Positions 36,310 through 45,165 of a DNA stretch of 64,000 bases are shown here, piece by piece; within the stretch, counting starts at the first letter, position 1, and the number at the start of each line of letters is the position of its first letter. The notes under the pieces were generated by a model. That model ran no database searches and was not told the DNA's origin. It was given only the letters and a program-made list of their open reading frames with translations. The stretch lies in IMG/VR virus record IMGVR_UViG_3300031991_000112. One strand, 5' to 3'. Position numbers and translations under genes: made by a program. This DNA comes from a virus.

Positions 36310-36872
36310 TTACGCTCCCGGTACTCGTTCCATATTTGTAGATCGAAAACGGCTGGATGCACATTTTTCTCCTTACAGATATTTAGGAAGTCACCTTGAA
36401 TTTCAAGATACCTCCGACGAGCCGGGGTTTGTTTTGGGATATCTGGAAAGCCTTGATCTCTCATGTATTTCAAAATGTGCGTATCAAGACACGCCACATT
36501 ACAGTCGCCAGCACGAGTGTGCATAATGAAAAACCTTGAGGTTTTCATGCCAACACCGGGACACAACTCCAATTCATCAACTGTGCAATTGCCCAAATTA
36601 AGTCCAGCATTAGCAATCCACCAGAAACCACGGGCTTTCAGATTATAACATCCGAAACCCACTTTTTTCATGGCGGCACGGAGCTTCGCTTCTGATTTGA
36701 ATGCACGCACTGAGGCGAAAGGGGATTCTGGTTCTTGTTTTGTCAAAAGCTCTTCGAGCAATCTGGCAGTTGTAAGAGCCGGTTTGCCTGCGACTCCAAT
36801 GGAGAAGAGGATGTACTCTTCAAGACCATTGGTGTCCAGTGCAAAATTTGTAAACTTGATTGGATCGATCAC
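36306..36872 (-). CDS. HhH-GPD DNA glycosylase (8-oxoguanine glycosylase-like)
   Basis: LELCPGVGMKTSRFF HhH with Lys; ACLDTHIL catalytic Asp. Confidence 0.75.
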   Translation of the reverse strand: MIDPIKFTNFALDTNGLEEYILFSIGVAGKPALTTARLLEELLTKQEPESPFASVRAFKSEAKLRAAMKKVGFGCYNLKARGFWWIANAGLNLGNCTVDELELCPGVGMKTSRFFIMHTRAGDCNVACLDTHILKYMRDQGFPDIPKQTPARRRYLEIQGDFLNICKEKNVHPAVFDLQIWNEYRERK

Positions 36873-36873
36873 T

Positions 36874-37101
36874 TCAATCTTCCTTGATCAAATCGTTATG
36901 GAAACGAAGACACATAGCGGCAATTTGTACCAACTCAGATTTAAGGTTCTCTTGGTCTGGAACCTTTTTGAAAATCTCAGTTTTAAGTTCGTCAAACTCT
37001 TCCCAGATCACAGCTAAACCGTGATGCATAGTTGGGAATTTAGGATGCTTTTTGGAAGCACGTTCACATTCGTTTTGTACTTCCAACAAAAACTCATCCA
37101 T
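36874..37101 (-). CDS. MazG-like all-alpha NTP pyrophosphohydrolase
   Basis: IWEEFDEL...ELVQIAAM; start at MDEFL. Confidence 0.6.
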   Translation of the reverse strand: MDEFLLEVQNECERASKKHPKFPTMHHGLAVIWEEFDELKTEIFKKVPDQENLKSELVQIAAMCLRFHNDLIKED

Positions 37102-37102
37102 C

Positions 37103-37624
37103 TTAATTCTCCTCTTCAGATTCCACGTGCTTGACGATCTTATCCACTTCGGACTCGAAATCGGTATGTGTGCCGTAACCACCGTAGTAGTTGCCGCCAC
37201 GGATGTCAGAATTCAGCTTGTCCATTTCCTTGCGTAGGAAGTGACCCAAACTTTGTGCGTTGTCATGGTTCTTATCCCATGCTCGCAAGTGATTCTTCAA
37301 ACGGTTCACCAAATACTTTGCATCAACAACCTTTTCTTTAGCTTTGATGTATTCGGCATCTGATTTCGCACGAGCTTCGCAAAGCTTGTCCGAACCACCG
37401 TTGTCTTTGAATGTTGCGAATCTTTCGGAATAAGTTTCTTCCGCTCTAAGTTCCGCAATCTGCAATAGCTTTTCTGCACGAGACAGATAGCCACCAAAGT
37501 TATCGTAAAATCCACCTTCCTTAGTGATGTATTCACTAAGGTTGGTTTCGTTGAAACTGAGGTTTTGAGGGTCAAGAATAACCTTCTCCCCACCAACAAC
37601 CAACTCTTCTTTTGTGATACTCAT
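37103..37624 (-). CDS. UvsY-like recombination mediator
   Basis: Long helical protein (AKSDAEY...LKNHLRAWDK) immediately downstream of the helicase; assignment rests on context and composition. Confidence 0.55.
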   Translation of the reverse strand: MSITKEELVVGGEKVILDPQNLSFNETNLSEYITKEGGFYDNFGGYLSRAEKLLQIAELRAEETYSERFATFKDNGGSDKLCEARAKSDAEYIKAKEKVVDAKYLVNRLKNHLRAWDKNHDNAQSLGHFLRKEMDKLNSDIRGGNYYGGYGTHTDFESEVDKIVKHVESEEEN

Positions 37625-37672
37625 TTTTCTCTCCTTGTGTTCCACTTATTATCGTGAAATCGGGTTAAATCT

Positions 37673-39223
37673 TTATGCTTCTTCGTCATCTTCGGGCGGC
37701 TTATAGCTCTTGGCAATACTGGTTGCACCAGAGACCATCGATGAGGCGGCTGATTCAGGACTGTCAACGCCCTTGACAATCTTATCCATCATGTCTTTCT
37801 CAACACTTTCGCTGATTTCAGTCTTCTTACGAGAGTTCAAATCTTTGTAAGTGTCGTGGTGAATCTGGATGATTCGCAAGTTTTCGGGGTTAAATCCGAC
37901 ATACATCATGTAACGTGATTTACCGTTACGTTGTTTAATCACCCACATTCTGCCGATGTTTACAGCTTTCTCATTCTTATTCTGATTCAAACTAATGCAG
38001 CCATCCAAAGGACGAATCTGACCGAAAGAATCAGCCAAGTGTTCTTCTTCAATTACTCCACCATTTTCCTGCAACTCTTTTGAGCTACGGTTAGGCTGGA
38101 AGGCGGTGATCATGAAGACATTCTCTTCGCCAGCCAAACCACGCAATTCCTTCACCATACGCTCACGAGACTCGTGGGTCGGAAGTCCCGGCGTATCTTT
38201 CATTTCACCGATGTAATCTACGATTACAACATCTGGATTGAATCCAAGAAATCTCAACTGTGAAAGATAAGCACGAATCGTATTCACGTCAGCCGAAGCG
38301 GACGGGAACTGTTTGATCAACATGACATTTTTGTCACTACGACTTTGAACAATCTCTTCGAGTTTATCAAAGACATCATTTCGAACGTCGTACAAACAAT
38401 GGATCGGCAAACCAGACAGGATCGAGTCGAAACGTTCGGCGACACGTTCTTGAGTCAACTCCAATGAGATGTACAAGACGTTTTTACCGGCTCGCAAGTT
38501 GTGCGAAGCCATGCACGCCATACAGATGGATTTACCAACACCAGAACCGGCGACAATACCTAGAAGTTCGCCACGAATGTAACCACCACCTTTGATCTCA
38601 CGATCAAGGTCTTCGTAACCAGTGTGGAAGTATTCTGTTTGCTGGTCGGCTTTGCCCATCGCATCGTAACGTTCTCTGACAGTCTTGAAGTATTCAAGAC
38701 CCGGATCGAAGTTACGGTCAGTATTCATCGCCTCACGAAGCATGTCGTAAATCTTGCTCCAAGTCTCTTCGGACTCTGGGGCTTTATCAATCTCTTTGAG
38801 GCTCTTAGAGAAAGCCTGACGGAGAGCTTGAATCTTGGCGAAGAATGCTACCTTGTCGGTCAGATAATCTCGTGACTCAACATTAGGTTCAAAGTAGTCA
38901 TAAAGAGTTTTGATTTCACTGATGTAGTACAACGCCGACTTGTCATCTTTGAACTTGTCTTTCAATTCTTGTATTAGTTCGATACGAGTCGGTGCGTATC
39001 GGTACTTCTTGAAGTGATCAAACACTACTTCGCACGCTTTGGAGTGTGCCTTGTTGGTGAAGTAGTTCGGCTTAATCAAATCAATTGATTGCAACAAGAA
39101 GCTGCGATCCATCAACAGAAGGTTGATGATCGTGCGTTGAAACTCTTCGTCCCAAGTGAACTGAGAACTGTTGTTCAACGAATCGGGGTCTTGCAATTCT
39201 GGGTCGTCCCAAATCTCGCTCAT
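37673..39223 (-). CDS. dnaB: Replicative DNA helicase (DnaB / T4 gp41-like)
   Basis: IVAGSGVGKS, YISLEL, VIVDYI, TAFQPNR, LADSFG, KQRNG motifs. Confidence 0.9.
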   Translation of the reverse strand: MSEIWDDPELQDPDSLNNSSQFTWDEEFQRTIINLLLMDRSFLLQSIDLIKPNYFTNKAHSKACEVVFDHFKKYRYAPTRIELIQELKDKFKDDKSALYYISEIKTLYDYFEPNVESRDYLTDKVAFFAKIQALRQAFSKSLKEIDKAPESEETWSKIYDMLREAMNTDRNFDPGLEYFKTVRERYDAMGKADQQTEYFHTGYEDLDREIKGGGYIRGELLGIVAGSGVGKSICMACMASHNLRAGKNVLYISLELTQERVAERFDSILSGLPIHCLYDVRNDVFDKLEEIVQSRSDKNVMLIKQFPSASADVNTIRAYLSQLRFLGFNPDVVIVDYIGEMKDTPGLPTHESRERMVKELRGLAGEENVFMITAFQPNRSSKELQENGGVIEEEHLADSFGQIRPLDGCISLNQNKNEKAVNIGRMWVIKQRNGKSRYMMYVGFNPENLRIIQIHHDTYKDLNSRKKTEISESVEKDMMDKIVKGVDSPESAASSMVSGATSIAKSYKPPEDDEEA

Positions 39224-39309
39224 ATATCTCTTATCCTTTCAATTTCCCTGTATCTACGTCTTATCAAAACAGGGCTTGCGTATTAAGCAATTTCTTGTGA
39301 TTCAGAGAT

Positions 39310-39338
39310 ATTACACAATCTCCGGGTCCAATGCAAAC
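39310..39338 (-). promoter_or_regulatory. Sigma70-like promoter with extended -10 for dnaB
   Basis: TTGCAT-N17-TAATAT with TGTG immediately before the -10. Confidence 0.55.
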
Positions 39339-39361
39339 AGTAAGTTTCGGACCGAAGACCA

Positions 39362-39403
39362 AAAAGAAAGGCACCCGGTTCCGAGGAGAAAACCGGGTGC
39401 CTT
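39362..39403 (-). terminator. Intrinsic terminator
   Basis: AAGGCACCCGGTT/AACCGGGTGCCTT stem with T-tract on the minus strand. Confidence 0.8.
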
Positions 39404-39428
39404 AAGCTGTCATCCGTGACAAGCGAGG

Positions 39429-40007
39429 TTAATTGCCACCACCGAGATAATCGAATTCAGAGATCGAGACCATGCCCGACCGCCAGAACTTTTCTCGTGT
39501 GATCTTCTTGCCCTTCTGCTTCAACTCGTTCCAAGTAATTTGCTTGCAGTAAGTCTTAAACTTGGTGTCGATGTTGATATGAGCCTTCCTATCAGAACGG
39601 TACTCTTTGGGCACGTGTTTCTTGACGAGCTTATCCAGAATGTCTTCTTGATGTTCACCAAACTTTTGGCGGTTTGCACCATGCCTCGTTCTGTTGTCCC
39701 ACAAGTGTTCAAGTTCATTTACGACACGTAGGATAAATGTGTCGTCAACGTGTTCCTTGAGTGCCTCGAAACTTCGCTCGATATAGGTTTGTCTTTTGTA
39801 GTACGAAGCCGCCTTAATCATGGCGATTCGTAAATCTTGAACAATGTCTTCCTGTTCGTCAGAACAATTGTTCTTCCAGTTCATCCCAAGCAAAATCCAA
39901 GCTTGCTTGTGACATAGTTTGATGAATTGCTTCTCAAGAAGTTCGTACTCTTCAACTGAGATAGGCCAACTGTTTACAACGTTTTGCATACTTTGCATTG
40001 GAACCAT
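39429..40007 (-). CDS. Sigma-70 region-2-like protein (candidate phage late sigma factor)
   Basis: EDIVQDLRIAMIKAASYY and FKTYCKQITWNELK resemble regions 2.2 and 2.3-2.4; no region-4 HTH. Confidence 0.55.
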   Translation of the reverse strand: MVPMQSMQNVVNSWPISVEEYELLEKQFIKLCHKQAWILLGMNWKNNCSDEQEDIVQDLRIAMIKAASYYKRQTYIERSFEALKEHVDDTFILRVVNELEHLWDNRTRHGANRQKFGEHQEDILDKLVKKHVPKEYRSDRKAHINIDTKFKTYCKQITWNELKQKGKKITREKFWRSGMVSISEFDYLGGGN

Positions 40008-40048
40008 TCCTTTGATAACGTGAGTTTATATTCATGTTTTGTAATCCT

Positions 40049-41359
40049 TCACTTCCACAGTGTTCGGAGATTGTTCAGCCTCTTGCCGAACTGAGCATGA
40101 AAGTCCAAGCGTAAGCCGGGACACAATAAGGATTCGATTTGCACCGCATCCTTTACAGCCTGCCAAGTTTCCTTGGCACGGTTGATTTTGCACGTGATGC
40201 CGTAGCCGTCGTGAACCGTGAAAACGGTTTGTGAACCAACAGATGTCACAGCATCATCGATCTGTACCAACTTCTCCAAACATACAGTCGCCGCTGGTCC
40301 TTGGACGACGAAGTTCCGAGAAGTGTAATAGTTGTCTTCTGTAAATGTTCGAGGGCGTCCGAAGAAATCTTCGACAATTCCCTTGTCTTTTGCCTCTTTC
40401 TCTTTAGAGGTAACCCATTCGATGGCTTCTTTGAAATAATGATGCACCCTTTTTACCAAATCACGACAAGTAGGTTCGGGAACGCCGATATTTTCAGATA
40501 GACGTTTCGCACCGCAACCGTACATGACGGGTAGAAAGATAAGCTTGCACATACCTCGCTTCTTGTCGGTATCGCAAGTGTCTCCGGTAAGTAGTTCGTA
40601 AATCTGGACATAAACATCCCTGCCTGATTCCAAAAACTCTTTGATCTTCAAATCCCCCGATAGGTATTGAAGAACGGTAACTTCACAGTTGTTGATATCG
40701 GCGAGCATAAAAAAGTCGTCGAAACTTTTTGGGCGTAGGACACGCTTTTGATCTTCTCCCATTGTGTGCGGGAGGTATGAACGCTTGAATTTGCCGTAAC
40801 TAAGAAGGCGACCATTCCTTTGTCCTTCAATTTCGTAATATGCAAATTTGCCAGAGAGATCGGCGTCGTTGTGGATAGAAGCTGTTTCCAGCCGTGGAAG
40901 TGTCTTCAAGATCAGAGGTAGGTGTAGTTTGTTGTAGACAGACTTCCAACTTTTGTATTCGCCAACCCTCTTGAACCTATGTATGGCTTCAGCGAGATTT
41001 TCTGGCGACTTCTGTTCAAAAAATCCCAAGAAGTTTTCGATCACCTTCAAATCGAGCAAACTGCTCTTGGGACAAAGCGAACCACCAACAGCAAACCGGT
41101 GGTAAGACATGAGTGGCTTAATGTTCCAAGCCAAAGCAATCTTGTCTGGTGCAAAGATTGTATCTTCCAATGTCCCCAAGAACTGCCGGATATTTTGCGG
41201 ACCCAAATCTACGGCAACCCGATTGCCTGAACCGGACACGATCAACTGAAATGGTTGATCGATTGTGAAATCTGGGATTTCCGGCAGACATCGGATGTAC
41301 GAGAGATTGCTGCTCTCAGCGATCTCAATCAATTTGGGCATTGCATTTTCAGGGTTCAT
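40049..41359 (-). CDS. polA: Minimal family A DNA polymerase
   Basis: GRL, motif A (LADINNCEV), motif B (RGMCKLIFLPVMYG), FFGRPR, NFVVQGPAA, motif C (VHDG). Confidence 0.85.
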   Translation of the reverse strand: MNPENAMPKLIEIAESSNLSYIRCLPEIPDFTIDQPFQLIVSGSGNRVAVDLGPQNIRQFLGTLEDTIFAPDKIALAWNIKPLMSYHRFAVGGSLCPKSSLLDLKVIENFLGFFEQKSPENLAEAIHRFKRVGEYKSWKSVYNKLHLPLILKTLPRLETASIHNDADLSGKFAYYEIEGQRNGRLLSYGKFKRSYLPHTMGEDQKRVLRPKSFDDFFMLADINNCEVTVLQYLSGDLKIKEFLESGRDVYVQIYELLTGDTCDTDKKRGMCKLIFLPVMYGCGAKRLSENIGVPEPTCRDLVKRVHHYFKEAIEWVTSKEKEAKDKGIVEDFFGRPRTFTEDNYYTSRNFVVQGPAATVCLEKLVQIDDAVTSVGSQTVFTVHDGYGITCKINRAKETWQAVKDAVQIESLLCPGLRLDFHAQFGKRLNNLRTLWK

Positions 41360-42039
41360 TCGAGGAACGCCTCAATTCTTTCAAACATGTTTCTCATCTC
41401 CCAATAAGGAACACATAGTAATGGAATCTTACATTCGAGGCAATAGTCCCGTTTGATCTTGTCGCTATCTTGAGTTCTTTGCAGCCTAGCGTTTCCGCCC
41501 CAACCTTTGGTTGTTTCGTAATGATGTTTTCCTTGAAATTCAATCAGACGTATGTTCGGAAGAAAAACTGCGAAGTCGAAAGGCAGCGGTTTTGTTCTTT
41601 TACAATCCTTGAACTTGTATTCTCGTTCAAACTTATAACCATTTTCTGCAAGCCAAGTATCAATAAGTTCGTTTGCGTAAGAACAAATACAACCGCATGA
41701 CTTCGTTTTGGCTCGCTTGAGGTTATCGAATGTAGTTGTAGTTGTTTTGCCACAATCACATAAACATCGGAGTACCTGATGCCCTCGATCATTCGTTCCA
41801 AGTGATTCTTGAACAACAAGCTTATGGAATCGTTGTCCCGTCAAATCTTCCGTTCGCTTGCAACCACAATTCAAACTTCCACCTTTGAAAAGGTTGTCTA
41901 CCCGAACCTCCGCAATGTTTCCACAAGTACAAGTGCATTCAACTCTCCTGTGTCTTTTGTCCTTCTGATTGATTTCAACATTTGTAACGATCCATTCGCC
42001 AAACTGCAATCCCAGAACTTGTTGTCTTTGTCTAGCCAT
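41356..42039 (-). CDS. Free-standing homing-type endonuclease (Cys-rich repeats plus PD-(D/E)XK/Vsr-like C-terminus)
   Basis: Repeated LTGQRFxKL...CxCxCG...SCGC units; LPFDF...LIEFQGKHHY; 4-nt overlap with polA. Confidence 0.75.
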   Translation of the reverse strand: MARQRQQVLGLQFGEWIVTNVEINQKDKRHRRVECTCTCGNIAEVRVDNLFKGGSLNCGCKRTEDLTGQRFHKLVVQESLGTNDRGHQVLRCLCDCGKTTTTTFDNLKRAKTKSCGCICSYANELIDTWLAENGYKFEREYKFKDCKRTKPLPFDFAVFLPNIRLIEFQGKHHYETTKGWGGNARLQRTQDSDKIKRDYCLECKIPLLCVPYWEMRNMFERIEAFLE

Positions 42040-42064
42040 GTGCTACCTCCTTTGAGGTATCTAT

Positions 42065-42500
42065 GCACATGGTAAGCAGTTTATAGACCGAGTGCCGAAG
42101 GTGAATGATCTAAGTAAAAGGACCAATAAGGAAATCTAAGTTACTTTAAGTTAATGACGAAAAGCCAAAAACAAGTCTTTCCTTATCGGGCTGGGTGAAA
42201 AATCACCCTACTCGATCACACATCTTTACTCGTTGTAGTCACCGACCGCCTAACACTACCCCCTAGATGTCGCCACCCGCCAAGCTTTGAAGACATCTCT
42301 TCGGCATGGATGCGGGTTTCGGAGGTTGGCTTACCTTGGTCGCTGAGCATGGCATGAGGCTCTCGGTGTGCCTGCCTTGGACAGTTAGATCAACCCGTTG
42401 CTCAGGTTTTCCAAATTCCCGTAGGGGACTACCGCCTACGATCTGTAATTGGGAATCTGGTTTCCGGTACTTTAAGTCAAACGAGGATTTCTTTCAAGAC
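42065..42500. other. Long structured non-coding region (candidate ncRNA or replication origin)
   Basis: ~440 bp without a credible ORF; multiple inverted repeats and an AT-rich sub-region. Confidence 0.4.
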
Positions 42501-42558
42501 CCATTCTTTAATTTTCGGACCGAATTGTGTAAGATAGTCTTATACAAATGGGGTTCAC

Positions 42559-42942
42559 ATGCTTCGAGTCGAATGTTATAAGAACTTGCACAAAGATTGC
42601 TTTTCGGTTAGAAGGGGTGGTCGGGTTATCCAATACGCCGATTCTCTGGTGTTGTTCGATGCAACATTTGCAGTACAACCCGCAGGTAGACAGAAAGTTT
42701 TGGACCAGAAGCGTAAGAACGTTCATGCCTTCGTAAGGGGAAGTTTGGGGACATATCCCGTAAATCCTGATTTTGACCCAAGTTCAGGCATTGCCGTGAG
42801 CTATAACCCGTACAAATTTGGTTTTTTCTACGTTAGATCAACTGACTTGCCTATTTTTGAGGCAGAGGTTGCCTTCTTAACCAACAGTGGAGTTTTCGTG
42901 TGGACTCAAAACGATTACAGCCAATTCTCGACTACGATCTGA
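42559..42942 (+). CDS. Phage-type hypothetical protein
   Basis: YKNLHKDCFSV...GRQKVLDQKRKNVHAFV...YNPYK pattern common in phages. Confidence 0.7.
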   Translation: MLRVECYKNLHKDCFSVRRGGRVIQYADSLVLFDATFAVQPAGRQKVLDQKRKNVHAFVRGSLGTYPVNPDFDPSSGIAVSYNPYKFGFFYVRSTDLPIFEAEVAFLTNSGVFVWTQNDYSQFSTTI

Positions 42943-43610
42943 CCGAGGAAGAGGGCAAGGCATTCAGATTGGCTCTTATCTGGGAAGACCTGACACGTCA
43001 GATGTTCCCGAAAGAGAAAGGTGTTGCACGACTACCTAGTGGCGACCCAAGAAAGAGTACCTTGTTCCGGTTCTGTTGGAAGCTACGTAGAGAAACACGT
43101 GGGCTTTTGAAGTTTGAGGAATATAAGCTCTACATGAAGGCTAACTTGACTATGATCAAGGTCAAAAACCTTCATTTGTCCCCCAACGTTTTGTGTGGTG
43201 ATAGTGCATGGATTCGTTGGCGTATCTGGAAAAGACTATACGACAAGAAGCTCCTTGAAATGGCTGGTGATGAGAACAAAAAACTGAATGTTGAAGTTAC
43301 ACCAGCGGTCGTCAAGAAGCTCGAAACAACCAAACGCTTTTTGTTTGAGAAGTGTGAAGGTCAGCCGAGCATCGACAAATTGAGAGCCTTCTATGACGAT
43401 AAGTCGCTTCATTTGTGGGCTGGCACACGTATTGCTCATCTCTACCTGCTTCTTTCGCCTTGGGTCAAAGAAGTTGCCCCAATCAAGATGTTAGAAAGAG
43501 AGATGTTCTTTGACGCCAAGGTTTATGAAGAACAGATCAACGAGAATGTGAAGATTTACTTCAGGCAAGAATTCGCTCATGAGTTTGGGGAGCCTCTGAT
43601 CAATGAGTGA
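42900..43610 (+). CDS. Hypothetical protein
   Basis: 236-aa ORF in the plus-strand operon. Confidence 0.7.
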   Translation: MDSKRLQPILDYDLTEEEGKAFRLALIWEDLTRQMFPKEKGVARLPSGDPRKSTLFRFCWKLRRETRGLLKFEEYKLYMKANLTMIKVKNLHLSPNVLCGDSAWIRWRIWKRLYDKKLLEMAGDENKKLNVEVTPAVVKKLETTKRFLFEKCEGQPSIDKLRAFYDDKSLHLWAGTRIAHLYLLLSPWVKEVAPIKMLEREMFFDAKVYEEQINENVKIYFRQEFAHEFGEPLINE

Positions 43611-43950
43611 CATTGTGTTAAGATATTGGGGTGATCTCACTGAAGAACAACAAGGGTATTTCAGCCAAGGTATGCGTACAGCAAACCGAAATTTGTTGCG
43701 AGAATACTTGAGAGTTGATTGCGAAAGGGTCGCTTTCTATAAGCCAGACGAAATCTTTGTTCGGTTCGTCTCTCAAGAATACCAGTTCTGTGACTACTTT
43801 ATTGTGAATGCCGCTGTGTTTGAAGAGATGCTACTGCGATTTAACCTCAACGATACTGCTTCGATGTTAAGCACGTTACGTGACTTTTGTCACCGCCGTT
43901 GTGTTCCAGTAGTTGAAGAAGAAGTTAATTGGGAGAAAGAAGGTTTCTAA
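43603..43950 (+). CDS. Hypothetical protein
   Basis: Coupled to neighbours. Confidence 0.65.
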   Translation: MSDIVLRYWGDLTEEQQGYFSQGMRTANRNLLREYLRVDCERVAFYKPDEIFVRFVSQEYQFCDYFIVNAAVFEEMLLRFNLNDTASMLSTLRDFCHRRCVPVVEEEVNWEKEGF

Positions 43951-44282
43951 TGAGAATCGTTAAAGTCCGTACCAAAAAGAATTACGCCGAAGCCTCTAAC
44001 CATGTGCTGATCGGCGAAGTCGTGGAGTTCAACAAGGTCTTCATTCGTGTGAAATGCCGATCATTTCATTACAAATATGTGACTCTGACGGAGGATCAGG
44101 TAACCGAAGGATCGGTTGATGATCGTCTCGTTCCTTGGCAGAATGTTGAGTGTGTGAATGTATTGGATGCCAATTTTGATTGGGAACATGCTTCACTGAC
44201 AAAATGCACCGATGGTATCTGTCTCAAAGATGAGAAAGAACTTTCAACTCTTGTAAGTCGTTATCGAATGACTCATCAGTAG
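43950..44282 (+). CDS. Hypothetical protein
   Basis: TAATG coupling; MRIVKV start. Confidence 0.65.
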   Translation: MRIVKVRTKKNYAEASNHVLIGEVVEFNKVFIRVKCRSFHYKYVTLTEDQVTEGSVDDRLVPWQNVECVNVLDANFDWEHASLTKCTDGICLKDEKELSTLVSRYRMTHQ

Positions 44283-45064
44283 TATTTGAAGTGTACTGCT
44301 ATGCAGTCGCAAATTTCTTCCATTGGTTGTGTTGGGAAGAAATACATGTTGATGTCGTCGGGCATAATCTCGAACTTACGTTCTCGTCCCGTGCCTGATT
44401 CGAGATTGTAGTTGTTGATTCTTACTGTTCCAGTAGTCTCGTCAAACGAGATTTGGGTGACGTTAGCGTCAACGGTTTGTTGATCTTGAGCTTCCACACC
44501 CCCGGCTCGGCATTCAAAAACAACGTGGTAGCAGGTTTCGCTGAGCTTCTTAATGCCACGAAAGATAAAGATTGGGTTCGAAACCCTACGCATTGCTTGA
44601 GAGACTTTATGAGTCAACTTTTCTAAGTTCTCAAATTTCGGCTTTGGATGATCGATCTCATTTTGGTTGAGTTTTTCGATGGTCTCGTAGATTTCATTGG
44701 CGATTATGTCTTCGTATCCAGCCAAACCTCGTCGGTTCAACTGAAACAATTTTTTGGTCGCCCAACGTTTATTTCCTTCAAGGTCGTAATTTAGGCGTCT
44801 TATATGAAATGTGTATCCGGTGTCAACTTTGAGGCTCATAGCACCCGGTCGTTCCCCGCCCCAACTGATTTCGTTCATAAAGCCACTGTAATCTGCTTCG
44901 TGGAGACCGAGTTTTTTACGTACCAATAGCTTCATCATCAGTTCGACATCGAACTGACGAATTGGATAGTTTTCGAGTTCTTTATGTGCCTCATCTTCGA
45001 CGGCATTACGACCGCCTTCGAACCCGAAAATGTCAACAGCTTCGTAAAATCTCTTAAAGTCCAT
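44276..45064 (-). CDS. Hypothetical protein, candidate virion protein
   Basis: TATATA 5 nt upstream of ATG 45064; N-terminus MDFKRFYE. Confidence 0.7.
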   Translation of the reverse strand: MDFKRFYEAVDIFGFEGGRNAVEDEAHKELENYPIRQFDVELMMKLLVRKKLGLHEADYSGFMNEISWGGERPGAMSLKVDTGYTFHIRRLNYDLEGNKRWATKKLFQLNRRGLAGYEDIIANEIYETIEKLNQNEIDHPKPKFENLEKLTHKVSQAMRRVSNPIFIFRGIKKLSETCYHVVFECRAGGVEAQDQQTVDANVTQISFDETTGTVRINNYNLESGTGRERKFEIMPDDINMYFFPTQPMEEICDCIAVHFKYY

Positions 45065-45165
45065 GATGGTATATAGATTCTTGGTGTTCAAAAGGTTGTC
45101 TTGCAAATTTTAGTTAAAATTGATCAAATGGTCTCTTGTCAACTCAATCAGATAAGGGGCATTGA

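Noticed and set aside
42065-42500. Group I intron hosting the adjacent endonuclease
   Set aside because: No interrupted gene on either side and no recognisable P7 core; kept only as a generic structured region.
42306-42581. 91-aa ORF in the non-coding region
   Set aside because: No RBS, atypical composition, and it overlaps the promoter and start of the 42559 gene.
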